Positions 1 through 13,119 of a stretch of DNA of 64,000 nt are shown one piece after another. The notes under the pieces are model-generated. The model made no database searches. It saw nothing but the letters and a program-made list of their open reading frames with translations, and had not been told where the DNA came from. The stretch is from contig OZ244170.1 of the NCBI GenBank assembly GCA_965216565.1, positions 320,001-384,000 on the forward strand. The letters are read 5' to 3'. How positions within the stretch are numbered: position 1 is the stretch's first letter; every line of letters begins with the position of its first letter. Both the position numbers and the translations under genes were made by a program. Source of the DNA: Bythopirellula sp. (GTDB lineage: Bacteria; Planctomycetota; Planctomycetia; Pirellulales; Lacipirellulaceae).

Positions 1-5
1 GCTGC

Positions 6-1733
6 TTAGGCCGCGGGACGCTGAATTTTTCGGGTCGCAGCCAGTAGCTGTTGGATTTCGCGCTGATACTCGTCCTTTTCAGACTGCCAGCGTAGTTCCT
101 CGTCTGAAAACTGACGATGTTGCGTCTCGAGTTCCTTCTCTCGCGCCACCAGATGGGCAGCCCGTTGTTCCAAGTCGCGTTCCCGGCGGCCGAACCATTG
201 TTCGAGCTCAGCACGACGCGACTCCAATTGCTGATGCTCCTCCGACAATTCGCTGCGTACCGACTCCAATTGCCGGCGACGGTTTTGAACCTCGTCCGAG
301 GCGAGCTGAAAGTGCTCGGCTAGTTTTGTACGTTGCTGGGCAATAGACCGCGATAAGGTTGCTGGAGCGAGCGCACCCTGCAACTGAAGCCATACCTGCT
401 CGGCCGAGAGACGCATTTCTAGCACTTCTCGCTGCGCGGCACGCAGTTCTTCCTGCAACTGTTCGAGGGCCGTCTGGCGTTGCTCGAGCTCAGCTTCCCG
501 ACTGTCGAGTTGCTTGCTGCTATGTTCAAAGCGAGATAGCTGTTGCTGCTTCTCTTCGGTAAGCTGTCGCCGTTCGCGAGTTACCTGATTCTCGAAGCAA
601 AGTTGTTGATGCTCAAGCTCCCGTTGTGCGTCAGCCAATTGGACCTGTTGTTCAGCGAGAAGCGATTCGGCTTTCGTCAAATAGGCGTCGCGCTGCAGGT
701 ATTGGTGCTCTCTTTCCTGCAGCTCGACCATCTTCTGTTCCGTAACACCTAAGCGTTCAAAACGTTCGAGGGCGGTCTTGATTTCTTGTTCGCGGAATTC
801 GACGCGACGCTCTTTCTCTTTCCGCTGAGCATCTTCGCACTCTTGTGCCTGGATCTTCCGATCAAGCTCGACACGTTGGAATTCCGCCTCATTAGCGCGA
901 GAGTTGAGTCGCTCTTCCCACTCCTTCAAGTCTTGCTGCCGTTGGTCAAGTTCGTCCCCGGTTCCGGAGAGCGATTGCCTGTGTTCGACGAGTGCGACCA
1001 GATCGTTGGTTAGTTTCTCGGCTTCCTTATAAAGCTCGGCCTCGCGCTTGTCGAGTTCGCGCTGACGCTCTTCAAAGGAGTGGCGAACTTCTTCCAGCTC
1101 TTCCTGCTTAGTCTTGGCAATCGCTTGCTGAATGTCTAGCTCTTGCAGCTTCTCCCGCATTTGCGATTCGGCAAACTCTAGTTCGGTCTGCAGCGTTTCC
1201 AACTGCTGTTCTTTGCGGGCCAGCTCTTCGGTGAGCTCTTGAGAAGTTTCCTGCGACTGGCCAGTATTGCCTGAGTTGCTGTTTGCATCGAGCGATTCTG
1301 CCTGTTCGTTGAGTGCTTGTTCCCGCTGATCGAGTTCCGATTCGCGACTCTCCAACCAAACCTTCGCCTTCCGGAGTCGCGCCTCGAGTTCCGCTTCATG
1401 CGAATTGAGTTGCGCTTCGCGACGGTCAAGCTCTGAGAGTCGGCCTTGCAATCGATCGCCGAGTTGCTCCGCCTGTTTGGCTAAGGTCGCAGGCGAGGCA
1501 TCTGCGTCTAGCAGTTGTCCGAATAGGAGTTCCACGACTTCTTGATCTGCAACTCGCTCGGAGGAAGCACTGCTTTGCTGCTCTGCAGAACCCACCAGCG
1601 ACAAGGCCGGCTTCTGCTGGTCTGGCGAGGACGAATCACTCCGCTGTATATGGTGGGCGCCATCGATCCGTGTTTCACGCATCGGAGCGTCCTGGGAGGT
1701 CTCGGATTGTGGGTTTTGCTGTTCGTTATCCAT
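6..1733 (-). CDS. Long coiled-coil protein (SMC-like composition), function unknown
   Basis: 575-aa ORF, strongly E/Q/L/R-rich with heptad character over most of its length; no ATPase motif. Confidence 0.8.
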   Translation of the reverse strand: MDNEQQNPQSETSQDAPMRETRIDGAHHIQRSDSSSPDQQKPALSLVGSAEQQSSASSERVADQEVVELLFGQLLDADASPATLAKQAEQLGDRLQGRLSELDRREAQLNSHEAELEARLRKAKVWLESRESELDQREQALNEQAESLDANSNSGNTGQSQETSQELTEELARKEQQLETLQTELEFAESQMREKLQELDIQQAIAKTKQEELEEVRHSFEERQRELDKREAELYKEAEKLTNDLVALVEHRQSLSGTGDELDQRQQDLKEWEERLNSRANEAEFQRVELDRKIQAQECEDAQRKEKERRVEFREQEIKTALERFERLGVTEQKMVELQEREHQYLQRDAYLTKAESLLAEQQVQLADAQRELEHQQLCFENQVTRERRQLTEEKQQQLSRFEHSSKQLDSREAELEQRQTALEQLQEELRAAQREVLEMRLSAEQVWLQLQGALAPATLSRSIAQQRTKLAEHFQLASDEVQNRRRQLESVRSELSEEHQQLESRRAELEQWFGRRERDLEQRAAHLVAREKELETQHRQFSDEELRWQSEKDEYQREIQQLLAATRKIQRPAA

Positions 1734-1985
1734 GATCTTGCCGACCTAGGGATCGGAGCAGGTATCAAGGTTGCCGCAATCGGAAAAGTTTGCCTAAACG
1801 TCAAATCGGCAGTTGGGCTTGAGATATTCACCCTTCTCTCAGCAGAAGGGCGAAATGCTGGTGCCGCTAGCAGTGCTATTTGCGCCGGAGAAGCTTAACG
1901 GGCAGAGATTAATAGTTCAGCCGCGACTCGCAGTTTACCCGCCGTGGTGGGAGTCCTCGGGGCCCCGCAAATGACCTCGAAGCCC

Positions 1986-2020
1986 AAAAAAAGACCTCGG
2001 TACAAAAAGTACCGAGGCCT
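1986..2020 (-). terminator. Rho-independent terminator downstream of trxA
   Basis: Inverted repeat AGACCTCGGTAC-AAAAA-GTACCGAGGCCT preceded by an A-run on + (U-tail on -), 30 bp after the trxA stop. Confidence 0.8.
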
Positions 2021-2050
2021 GAGGATTTGTGATCTGGAGCCCGCCGACGC

Positions 2051-2374
2051 TTACGCTTTGGCAGCGTCGATGGCTTCTTGCAGTCGGGCTTTGGGCTGAG
2101 GACCCACAAAGCGGTCGACGACTTCGCCGTCCTTGAAGACCATCAACGTCGGAATGCTGCTGACGCCATAGTTTTGAGCGGCGCCGGGGGCTTCGTCGAC
2201 GTTGAGCTTAATCACTTTGGCTGAGCCATCGTTTTCGCCAGCCAACTCTTCTACGAGGGGAGCGATCTGCCGGCAGGGTCCGCACCAAGGAGCCCAGAAG
2301 TCGACGAGCACGGGCTCGCTGGACTGCAGGACCTCAGACTCAAAATTTGTGTCGTTAATTTCTTGAACACCCAT
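2051..2374 (-). CDS. trxA: Thioredoxin
   Basis: WAPWCGPC active site; ~107 aa from the ATG of MGVQEIND. Confidence 0.95.
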   Translation of the reverse strand: MGVQEINDTNFESEVLQSSEPVLVDFWAPWCGPCRQIAPLVEELAGENDGSAKVIKLNVDEAPGAAQNYGVSSIPTLMVFKDGEVVDRFVGPQPKARLQEAIDAAKA

Positions 2375-2806
2375 GACATTGTCTCCGTGAATAGGGGGGA
2401 GGGCCGCCGGCTGCCCCATTAATTTGTGGTCGAAAGCTCGGCGGGGAGGGATAGTGAAGTTCTATACGCACGTTCACTATAGAAGGTTCGCCAGCCGATG
2501 TGGAGTGATTATTGAAAATCTGGAAGATTCTGTCAACGAAGACCGTATTCTTTAAGGCCTTAGTAGAATTGCACTTAGAGGCCATTCCTGAAGTGTGCTA
2601 GGGCTTAAGGGGAGCTGAATTGGACCATTCTGGAACAAACCGCCGATTGTGCGGACATTCTCCGCTCTCCTAGCGATTCGACCCAGCGAATCGACATTAG
2701 GCATTCTGGCAATGAATCTTCACTGGCTCGCACATTCTCGAGCAGACTTGCTACGATGCCGTTTCTACGTCAATCCAATAAGCAACTCTTACGGATTTCG
2801 CTTGCC

Positions 2807-4279
2807 ATGTCCCGTGTTTTTACTCTGTTGCTGGTAGCGTTCTGTGCGACGCGACTCCATGCCGACGATAAGCCCAACATCATTGTTATTCTGACCGACG
2901 ATCAGGGTTGGGGAGATATTGGGTACAACAATCCCAAGGTCTACTCCCCAAACATGAACAAGTTGGCAGCGGCTGGTGCGACGTTATCTCAGCACTATGT
3001 CATGCCGCAATGCACGCCAACGCGCTTAGCACTCTTTACCGGACGATACCCTGGGCGGTTTGGTATATCCGGATTGCAAGCCGCGAATCGTCCGCTGATA
3101 CCTCACGGAACCTTAACGATGGCTTCATTTTTGAAAGCCAACGGGTACAAGACTTATCTCACCGGCAAATGGCACATGGGATCTTGGCCCGCACATGGGC
3201 CAAATCAACACGGCTTCGATTACTCGTACGGAGGATTCGCCGGCGCCGTTGGTGCCTATGTTCATCTATACCGAGCACCCATGGAGGAGCATGTCAATTC
3301 GATTACGTGGCATCGCAATCACAAAATCATTCCGGGCCACGAGAATGGTCGTCACGTCACCGATTTAGTGACCGAAGATGCGATCCGCGTAATCAAAGAA
3401 AATCGTGATAATCCGTTTTTTCTGTACCTGCCTTACTTTGCCCCTCATACTCCCCTTGACGAGCGCGGCAACAACGTGCGAGTTCCTACCCAACTCGATG
3501 CAGATAATCCCGGCCGCTGGTACCGCGAAGACAAGATCAAGTGGTTCAACGATCCTGAAGGAATCATCCAGCAGGAGGAAGACCCCGAGCGACGCCTGTT
3601 TTTGGCGGTCGTGCATCACCTTGACCACGCCATCGGACAGGTCGTCGATGCTCTTGAGGAGACAGGCCAGAGAGACAATACGGTCATCTTCTTTTCGTCG
3701 GATAACGGGCCCCAAGTCAACTGGAACGGCGGGGCATATCCCTCCGATCTTCGCCTGACAGACTTCAATCAGCCGATCCCTTTCCGCGGATCCAAGTCGC
3801 AAGTTTACGAAGGCGGCATCCGCGTTCCGGGGTTTGTGAATTGGCCAGGCAGAATTGTTCCGAAGAACATTGATTCGGTTTTGCACATCGTCGACTGGTT
3901 GCCCACCGTGGCTGGCATTCTCGAAGCAGACCTCACCGTGCCCAACGCGCAGCCCGTGGTTGATGGTTTAGACTTTTCGCCCCTGTTGCTGACGGATCAA
4001 CAATCACTCGACGAGGATCGCGACATCTATTCAATCCACCGTCCGAAACCAGACAAATGGGCGATTCGTTGGGGAGACTGGAAAATTGTCTCCTATCAAG
4101 AGCAGGAGCCAATCGCCGAGTCGTGGCAGCTTTACAATCTGAAAAACGATCCCGCAGAGACCACAGATGTCGCCGCTGCGAACCGTGAGATTGTCGAGAA
4201 GTTGCACGAGCGGTTTCTGGTTCATCGAGCCAAAGATCACAAGCAACACAATTTCCCTGACTTTGTGGGGCCCGATTGA
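2807..4279 (+). CDS. Secreted arylsulfatase (formylglycine-dependent S1 family)
   Basis: Signal peptide, PNIIVILTDDQG, CTPTR (CxPxR) signature, GKWHMG, SDNG, YEGGIRVP. Confidence 0.9.
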   Translation: MSRVFTLLLVAFCATRLHADDKPNIIVILTDDQGWGDIGYNNPKVYSPNMNKLAAAGATLSQHYVMPQCTPTRLALFTGRYPGRFGISGLQAANRPLIPHGTLTMASFLKANGYKTYLTGKWHMGSWPAHGPNQHGFDYSYGGFAGAVGAYVHLYRAPMEEHVNSITWHRNHKIIPGHENGRHVTDLVTEDAIRVIKENRDNPFFLYLPYFAPHTPLDERGNNVRVPTQLDADNPGRWYREDKIKWFNDPEGIIQQEEDPERRLFLAVVHHLDHAIGQVVDALEETGQRDNTVIFFSSDNGPQVNWNGGAYPSDLRLTDFNQPIPFRGSKSQVYEGGIRVPGFVNWPGRIVPKNIDSVLHIVDWLPTVAGILEADLTVPNAQPVVDGLDFSPLLLTDQQSLDEDRDIYSIHRPKPDKWAIRWGDWKIVSYQEQEPIAESWQLYNLKNDPAETTDVAAANREIVEKLHERFLVHRAKDHKQHNFPDFVGPD

Positions 4280-4325
4280 AATGGAGTCTTCGACGTGAGG
4301 CGAGTTTCAGCGATGCGAGCCCTAG

Positions 4326-6705
<2,380 letters not shown>

Positions 6706-6851
6706 AGAGCAGATTATATCACGATGGCCCCGCTTGTCATTTGCACGGGTCTACGTTGATGACTCACTAGAAGAACTACCGGCCTATGGGGTAAAATATC
6801 GGGTTTGGCTATTGGCCGCGAGAATCAATAGAGAGCACATCCTTGGCGAAC

Positions 6852-9728
6852 ATGGCACCATCAAAAGAATCACCGGCTAACGGAGCTCCGGCTACCTCGA
6901 TGATCCGCCTTCGCGGTGTTGCCGTGAACAATCTGCAGGAGGTGGACTTAGATCTACCTCACCGGCAGCTCATTGCCTTTTGCGGAGTTAGCGGCAGCGG
7001 CAAGAGTAGCCTGGCTTTAGACACGCTCTACGCCGAGGGACAGCGGCGATACATCGAGAGCTTTTCGACCTACACACGTCAGTTCTTAGAGCAGCTCGAC
7101 AAGCCTGACGCCGACAGCATCGAAGGCATCCCCCCTTCCATTGCAGTGACACGGCAAAACGTAAGCCGTTCGAGTCGTGCGACCGTTGGCAGCGCAACGC
7201 AGATTAACGAGCACTTACAGCTTCTCTTCTCGCGTATCGGCGAAGTGGTATGTCATGGCTGCGGCGAGATTGTCAGTCGCGACTCGGCAGAGTCAGCCGC
7301 CGAAGCGTTAGCCACTTTGCCGGAAAAGACTCGCCTGATGATCGGTTTCCCCTCTCAGTTAGGAAGCGAACGTACCTCAGAGGTATGGCTTGCGGACTTG
7401 TTGGCACTTGGGTACCGGCGGTGCCGCATCGGCGACAAGACGCTGGAATTGAGCTCCGGAATTGCCGGGCAACTAAGCGGCATCGAGCAAATCGACGTCG
7501 TACTCGATCGGCTCACTGCCACCGACGAGACAAGAACTCGGCTCCGAGATTCACTCGAATCGGCACTCGAAGCAGGACGAGGCAGTTGCGTTGTCTGGAC
7601 GCAGTTGTCCGAAGAATCGGGAAATCTAAGTGACGCAAGTACTGTTGAATTAGATGGGCGGCAGTGGCGCGAGCAGCGCTACAGCCAGTTCTTTCGCTGC
7701 GAAGCATGTGACATCGACTACCCCACACCTGAGCCACAGTTACTGAACTTCAATAATCCATTGGGCGCGTGTGCCGAATGCGAAGGCTTCGGCAACATCA
7801 TCGACGTCGACATGGACCGCGTGGTGCCCGACCCCAGCAAGTCGCTCCGTGAAGGGGCCATTGCCCCGTGGAATTCTCCCGCCTATGCGCACGAACTCGA
7901 AGAGCTGTTGGCCCTGGCCGACGATTACAAATTGCCGGTGGACGTGCCTTATCGAGAGCTCACCGACAAGCAGCAGGCTATCGTTCGTGAAGGTGTCCCG
8001 GAACGAGATTTCGGCGGGCTTAATGGTTTTTTCAGCTGGTTAGAACGGCGGAAGTACAAGATGCATCTGCGTGTCTTCTTAAGCCGCTGGCGGAGTTACT
8101 ATCCTTGCCCGAAGTGTGATGGCCAGCGTCTCAACGCCGACGCGTTGGCGGTTCGTGTGGCCGGCAAAAGCATGGGCAACCTGGCCTCGATGAAAATCCG
8201 CGAAGCGCTCGATTGGTTTGATTCGATCGAACTCTCTAACTGGCAGCGGCAGGTGGGGCGGCTGATGATGGAGCAGGTCGTCACGCGGCTCAGATATCTC
8301 GATCGAGTGGGCGTGGGGCACCTGACCGTCGAACGACCCTTACGAACACTCAGCGGCGGGGAGGCCCAGCGGGTTGCGCTGACTTCTGCATTAGGTTCGA
8401 ACCTGGTGGGAATGCTCTACGTGCTCGACGAGCCATGTGCTGGATTACACCAGGCCGATGTGCCCCGGCTGGTCGATGCCATCAGCGAACTCCGTGATCG
8501 CGGGAACTCTGTGGCCGTGGTGGAACACGAACCGCAGCTGATTCGAGCTGCCGACCAGGTCGTGGAACTCGGGCCGGGCGCTGGCGAGTTCGGCGGTCGC
8601 GTCATTTACCAAGGCAGTCCGAAGGAAATGGAGAACTGCACCGAAAGCCGCACTGCCGATTGGCTTGCCGGACGCCGTCGGCCCGAGCCCCGCGAAGACC
8701 GACGCCCCACCGATCAGGGCTGGCTCCGCATCGTTGGTGCCCGAGGAAATAATCTGCAGAACCTCACCGCCGAACTTCCGCTTGGTGTGCTTTGCGTTGT
8801 GACGGGTGTTAGCGGTGCTGGTAAGTCAACCCTCGTTCAGGAAACGCTGTTTCCCGCCGTTGCCCAAGGGCTGAGAATAGAGGGTCACAAGCCATTGCCG
8901 CTCGATGAAATTCTCGGCGTGGGGCAATTAGAAGATGCGATTCTGGTCGATCAAAGTCCCATCGGTCGCACACCGCGCTCCAATCCGGTGACGTACATCA
9001 AAGCGTTCGATCCGATTCGAGCTCTGTTTGCTGAGACCAATGAGGCCCAATCTCGCGGCTTCAAGGCGAGCCACTTCAGCTTCAACGTTGATGGCGGTCG
9101 CTGCGAAGCATGCCAGGGTGAAGGCTATACCCAGGTCGATATGCGTCTGATGGCCGATGTCTACATGCGCTGCGCAGAATGCCAAGGCCAACGCTATCGT
9201 CGCGAAGTGCTCGATGTGAAATACCGCAATTGCAATATCGCTGAGGTGCTGGAACTCTCAGTTCGCGAAGCCTTTACATTCTTTCGCGGGCAGAAACGCA
9301 TTCAATCCCGCCTCAAATGCCTGATGGATGTCGGGCTCGATTATCTGCGGCTGGGCCAGCCTGCCAACACGCTTTCGGGCGGCGAGGCACAACGGTTAAA
9401 GATGGCCACATTTATTGCCGCTCCGCGTAAAGGTCGAACGCTGTTTGTACTCGATGAACCCTGCACCGGGTTGCATTACTCGGACGTTTTGCAATTGCTC
9501 GATGCCTTCGATTTTCTGTTGGCTATGGGGCATTCCCTGATTGTGGTCGAACACAATCTGTTGATGATGCAGGCAGCCGACTACATTCTCGATCTCGGCC
9601 CGGGTGCGGCCGAGGAGGGTGGCAAAGTGGTTGCCCAGGGTACGCCTGAAGAAGTTGCCGCGTGTACTGATTCACTAACTGGCCAATATCTGGCTACGGA
9701 ATTTCAGTCAGTTCCTCCATTAGAATAA
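6852..9728 (+). CDS. uvrA: Excinuclease ABC subunit A
   Basis: Two Walker A motifs (GVSGSGKS, GVSGAGKS), two LSGGEAQR signatures, EGQRRYIES, CxxC zinc fingers, QSPIGRTPRSNP. Confidence 0.93.
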   Translation: MAPSKESPANGAPATSMIRLRGVAVNNLQEVDLDLPHRQLIAFCGVSGSGKSSLALDTLYAEGQRRYIESFSTYTRQFLEQLDKPDADSIEGIPPSIAVTRQNVSRSSRATVGSATQINEHLQLLFSRIGEVVCHGCGEIVSRDSAESAAEALATLPEKTRLMIGFPSQLGSERTSEVWLADLLALGYRRCRIGDKTLELSSGIAGQLSGIEQIDVVLDRLTATDETRTRLRDSLESALEAGRGSCVVWTQLSEESGNLSDASTVELDGRQWREQRYSQFFRCEACDIDYPTPEPQLLNFNNPLGACAECEGFGNIIDVDMDRVVPDPSKSLREGAIAPWNSPAYAHELEELLALADDYKLPVDVPYRELTDKQQAIVREGVPERDFGGLNGFFSWLERRKYKMHLRVFLSRWRSYYPCPKCDGQRLNADALAVRVAGKSMGNLASMKIREALDWFDSIELSNWQRQVGRLMMEQVVTRLRYLDRVGVGHLTVERPLRTLSGGEAQRVALTSALGSNLVGMLYVLDEPCAGLHQADVPRLVDAISELRDRGNSVAVVEHEPQLIRAADQVVELGPGAGEFGGRVIYQGSPKEMENCTESRTADWLAGRRRPEPREDRRPTDQGWLRIVGARGNNLQNLTAELPLGVLCVVTGVSGAGKSTLVQETLFPAVAQGLRIEGHKPLPLDEILGVGQLEDAILVDQSPIGRTPRSNPVTYIKAFDPIRALFAETNEAQSRGFKASHFSFNVDGGRCEACQGEGYTQVDMRLMADVYMRCAECQGQRYRREVLDVKYRNCNIAEVLELSVREAFTFFRGQKRIQSRLKCLMDVGLDYLRLGQPANTLSGGEAQRLKMATFIAAPRKGRTLFVLDEPCTGLHYSDVLQLLDAFDFLLAMGHSLIVVEHNLLMMQAADYILDLGPGAAEEGGKVVAQGTPEEVAACTDSLTGQYLATEFQSVPPLE

Positions 9729-9762
9729 GATCAAGACTTAAACAAGAATCGAGACCAATGGT

Positions 9763-10635
9763 TTGAATCATCAACTGGAGATCTTTGTGGATCGTGCCTC
9801 AGAGACGAGCGCCATTCTCACGGTCCGCAATCATTCACCGCGACAGATCACCCGGGTCTCTGGCATCTTAAACGGACCGCATTGCATTCGTGCACGAACA
9901 CTGTCCGCAAATTTCACTATTGCCTCGCAGCTCTCTGATTCCGACGAGCAAGAATCTGTCAGCACACTCATCACCGATCCGTGCTTCTGGACGCCCGCCC
10001 TCCCGTATCTCTACAAGATAGACCTGCAAGTCAACTGGAGCGATGGAACCGTTTTCCGTTGGAAGCAATCGATCGGGCTGCGTCGCTGGGAAGTTCTGGG
10101 CAGCAGCTTTTTTCAAGAGCGCCGTCGCGTAGTTTTACGCGGAGCCTGTATCGATCAACCTACTTCGGAGCAATTGACGTCTGCCGCCCAAGCCGAGATA
10201 GCAATCATTTCGCACAATCTTTCGGATGTCATGCTAGCCTCTGCCAGCGAGGTGGGAGCGAACTTGTTTATTGACTTACGTCAAGAGGATGAACAGATTG
10301 ACACAGAGCTACGACGTTTTAGTTGGTATCCCGCAGTCGCAGGAGTATTATTGACACCGAAATCGGTTGGCTATACGCGACTGCCCAACGGAACCAAGCT
10401 AGGATCGGTGGTTGGGCCCAACGATGTGGCGGAGAACCATTCTTCGGGTGACCTAATGGTCGTAGATTTGCAGCACGAAGAAACGCCACCCGTTTGGGCT
10501 TCGCAGAAGACAAAGCCGGCTATTGCCATCCGAAAACGGCAAGAACAGGTAGAGATAGCCGAAGTCAGAGCGCACTGCGACCAACTCCAGGCCGACCTCG
10601 CGCCGGACTTTGATTTGGCAGGGTACTTTGTTTAA
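9763..10635 (+). CDS. Hypothetical protein with weak GH2-like segment
   Basis: FWTPALPYLY...IGLR...VVLRG resembles the GH2 Ig-domain/TIM-barrel junction; no catalytic motif recognised. Confidence 0.55.
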   Translation: MNHQLEIFVDRASETSAILTVRNHSPRQITRVSGILNGPHCIRARTLSANFTIASQLSDSDEQESVSTLITDPCFWTPALPYLYKIDLQVNWSDGTVFRWKQSIGLRRWEVLGSSFFQERRRVVLRGACIDQPTSEQLTSAAQAEIAIISHNLSDVMLASASEVGANLFIDLRQEDEQIDTELRRFSWYPAVAGVLLTPKSVGYTRLPNGTKLGSVVGPNDVAENHSSGDLMVVDLQHEETPPVWASQKTKPAIAIRKRQEQVEIAEVRAHCDQLQADLAPDFDLAGYFV

Positions 10636-10656
10636 GACGACCAGCGGAATCGATTC

Positions 10657-11697
10657 ATGAGCGACCCCTCTAACAAACTCGATCGCTATCGGCGTCAAAT
10701 GCGATTTGCGCCGTTGGGAGAAGAGGGGCAGCACGAACTCGCCGCCGCACGGGTTCTCATCTGTGGTAGTGGTGCCCTCGGTTGCAGCGTTGCCGATATG
10801 TTAGTCCGCGCGGGAGTGGGCTCTGTTCGACTAGTCGACCGGGACTTTGTGGATCTCGACAACTTGCATCGACAGATTCTGTTTGACGAGAGCGATGCCG
10901 AGCAGCACATGCCCAAGGCAGTAGCGGCGTCCAAACGACTGGCGGAAATCAATTCCCAGGTGCAAGTGGAACCAATTGTTGCCGACGTGAACGCAGCGAA
11001 TATTCGCGATTTGGTCCAGGACGTCGCCGTAATCGTCGATGGCACGGATAATTTTGAAACACGGTATTTGCTCAATGACATCGCAGTGGAAGCCAAAATA
11101 CCTTGGGTCTTTGCAGGTTGTGTCGGTGCGGAGGGGCAGACCTTTGCCATCGTACCGGGGCAGACGCCTTGTCTCACTTGCATCATGTCGGAACCTCCAC
11201 CCGCAGAGGAAATGCCCACTTGCGAATCGGCTGGCGTTCTCTCGCCGATCGTCAACCTCATGGCATCGCTTCAAGCGACTGAGACACTCAAGCTGCTGAG
11301 CGGCAATGCCGAACGTCTCAACCCGATGATGACATTCGTCGATTTGTGGGACAACCGAATCCAAACGATTTCCATGGCCGGGAGCCGCAATTCGGAATGC
11401 TCCACTTGCGGCAAGCGAGAGTTTGTATGGCTCTCGGGCAACCGTGGCAGCAGTGCCACGCAACTCTGCGGTCGCAATTCGGTGCAGATCTCTCCGACTG
11501 CCGGTGGCGCGGTGGATTTGGAGTTGCTAGCAAGAAAACTGGATAGCGTTGGCACGATTTCGGCCAACCCCTATCTGCTGCGGGCCCAGGTGGAGGAGTA
11601 CTTGCTGACGGTGTTTGCCGATGGGCGAACTATTGTGGGGGGAACCGATGACCCGGCGAAGGCTCGCACGGTGCATGCAAAATACGTCGGGAACTAA
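10657..11697 (+). CDS. ThiF/MoeB family adenylyltransferase
   Basis: RYRRQ, GSGALG, DRDFVDLDNLHRQ, DGTDNF, CxxC...CxxC. Confidence 0.9.
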   Translation: MSDPSNKLDRYRRQMRFAPLGEEGQHELAAARVLICGSGALGCSVADMLVRAGVGSVRLVDRDFVDLDNLHRQILFDESDAEQHMPKAVAASKRLAEINSQVQVEPIVADVNAANIRDLVQDVAVIVDGTDNFETRYLLNDIAVEAKIPWVFAGCVGAEGQTFAIVPGQTPCLTCIMSEPPPAEEMPTCESAGVLSPIVNLMASLQATETLKLLSGNAERLNPMMTFVDLWDNRIQTISMAGSRNSECSTCGKREFVWLSGNRGSSATQLCGRNSVQISPTAGGAVDLELLARKLDSVGTISANPYLLRAQVEEYLLTVFADGRTIVGGTDDPAKARTVHAKYVGN

Positions 11698-11877
11698 CCG
11701 CAAATCTCGCCACGTTTCTCTAGCTTCCCACCCAGTCTGGGGAGTCTGTGGTTTTGGCTCGAAGTAGATAGAGTCTCCCGCCGTCGATGTCCGATGGACA
11801 ACAGTAGCCCCCCGCTTCTCTTCCCGTAAGCGTGCTGGCAAACCCAACGACCCAGACCCTTTTCCGCATCTTTCGAT

Positions 11878-12792
11878 ATGGCCACTGTTGAACACTCGCG
11901 ACCGGTACGCGCCAATTTCGCTCGCACCGATTCTCCTACACCTCAAATGGCCGTTGGCCGACTCGGGCCCTGGCAGCTTGTCCGATTGCTCTACGAGAGT
12001 GAACTGGCGCGAGTCTACTTATGCCGTCCTGCCGACTCCGCCGAGGATCAGCCCGCAAACTATGTAATCAAGGTATTGCGTAAGGAATGGTGGCGTGACC
12101 CGCAGGCAATAGAAATGCAACGTCGCGCTGCTTGGTTGGGTGGGACGATCTCGCATCCGCATTTGTTACCGGTCCTTTCTAGCAGTGTGAGTCAAGCGCC
12201 GTTTTTCTTCGTCTCTCCCAAGATCGAAGGCCGCACACTGGCCGAATTGCTCGCCAATGGCAGCCTGACGCTCCCGATAGTGTTATGGATTGGTCGCCAG
12301 GTCGCCGAAGCACTCTCAGCGCTACACGAGTCGACCGGCATGGTACATGCCGATGTAAAACCAGCAAACATCCTGGTCTCAGCGGAGGGCCATACCACGT
12401 TGATCGATCTTGGATTTGCCCACTCACCCGACGAACAGCGTCATTGGTCGTCGCGACCGGTGATGGGTACCTTGGCATACATTGCCCCAGAATCGATCAC
12501 GTCGTCGCTGTCTTCGCAGCTCAGCAGCGATCTGTATAGCTTGGGGGTGACGCTTTACGAAATGATTTGCGGTCATTTACCCTTCCAAGCAGAATCGCCC
12601 GCTGACCTCATTCGCATGCACCGCGAGAGCAAACCCAACTGCATTCGCCTCGAAAAACCAGAGACGCCCAAGTCAGTGGCTTCGCTCGTTCATCGTTTGC
12701 TATCGAAAGAAGCAATGCGTCGGCCAACGTCAGCCGCTGCAGTCGCTGAGGAATTGATGCGCCTGGAAATCGAATGTTTTACTTGTCGGTGA
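11878..12792 (+). CDS. Stand-alone Hanks-type Ser/Thr protein kinase
   Basis: VIK lysine, HADVKPANIL, DLG, GTLAYIAPE, SDLYSLG. Confidence 0.88.
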   Translation: MATVEHSRPVRANFARTDSPTPQMAVGRLGPWQLVRLLYESELARVYLCRPADSAEDQPANYVIKVLRKEWWRDPQAIEMQRRAAWLGGTISHPHLLPVLSSSVSQAPFFFVSPKIEGRTLAELLANGSLTLPIVLWIGRQVAEALSALHESTGMVHADVKPANILVSAEGHTTLIDLGFAHSPDEQRHWSSRPVMGTLAYIAPESITSSLSSQLSSDLYSLGVTLYEMICGHLPFQAESPADLIRMHRESKPNCIRLEKPETPKSVASLVHRLLSKEAMRRPTSAAAVAEELMRLEIECFTCR

Positions 12793-13000
12793 ATCAGGAT
12801 GAACACCGGATTTCTGACGCAGCGATCGCCACGAACGAATAAGTTGCTGAGGTTGAAACGTAGCGTGAACAGCAGCGAAGTGGATTCGCTACCTCAGAGC
12901 AGTACATTCTTGGGTTTTGTTTTCGATCATCAACTGCCATAAATCCCCTCTATTCCTGTGCGGGAACTACTCATCGGATGTGCAGGAATCAGAATTCTTG

Positions 13001-13045
13001 TTGACGTTGTCTAGTGTCACTCGATAATTGAAATAGGACTATTTC
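13001..13045 (+). promoter_or_regulatory. Candidate sigma70 promoter and operator palindrome for xdhABC
   Basis: TTGACG (13001), 16-bp spacer, GATAAT (13023), then the palindrome GAAATAG-GA-CTATTTC (13030-13045). Confidence 0.4.
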
Positions 13046-13119
13046 GGCGGCTTCTGCAAAGGCACCGTTTGATTCCTTTCCCCCACTTTCCCTAGGCGGT
13101 GCGTAAGGCAATTTGTTCA

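Noticed and set aside
12793..13119. Purine or xanthine riboswitch ahead of xdhA
   Set aside because: No recognisable purine-riboswitch core is visible; only promoter-like and palindromic features.
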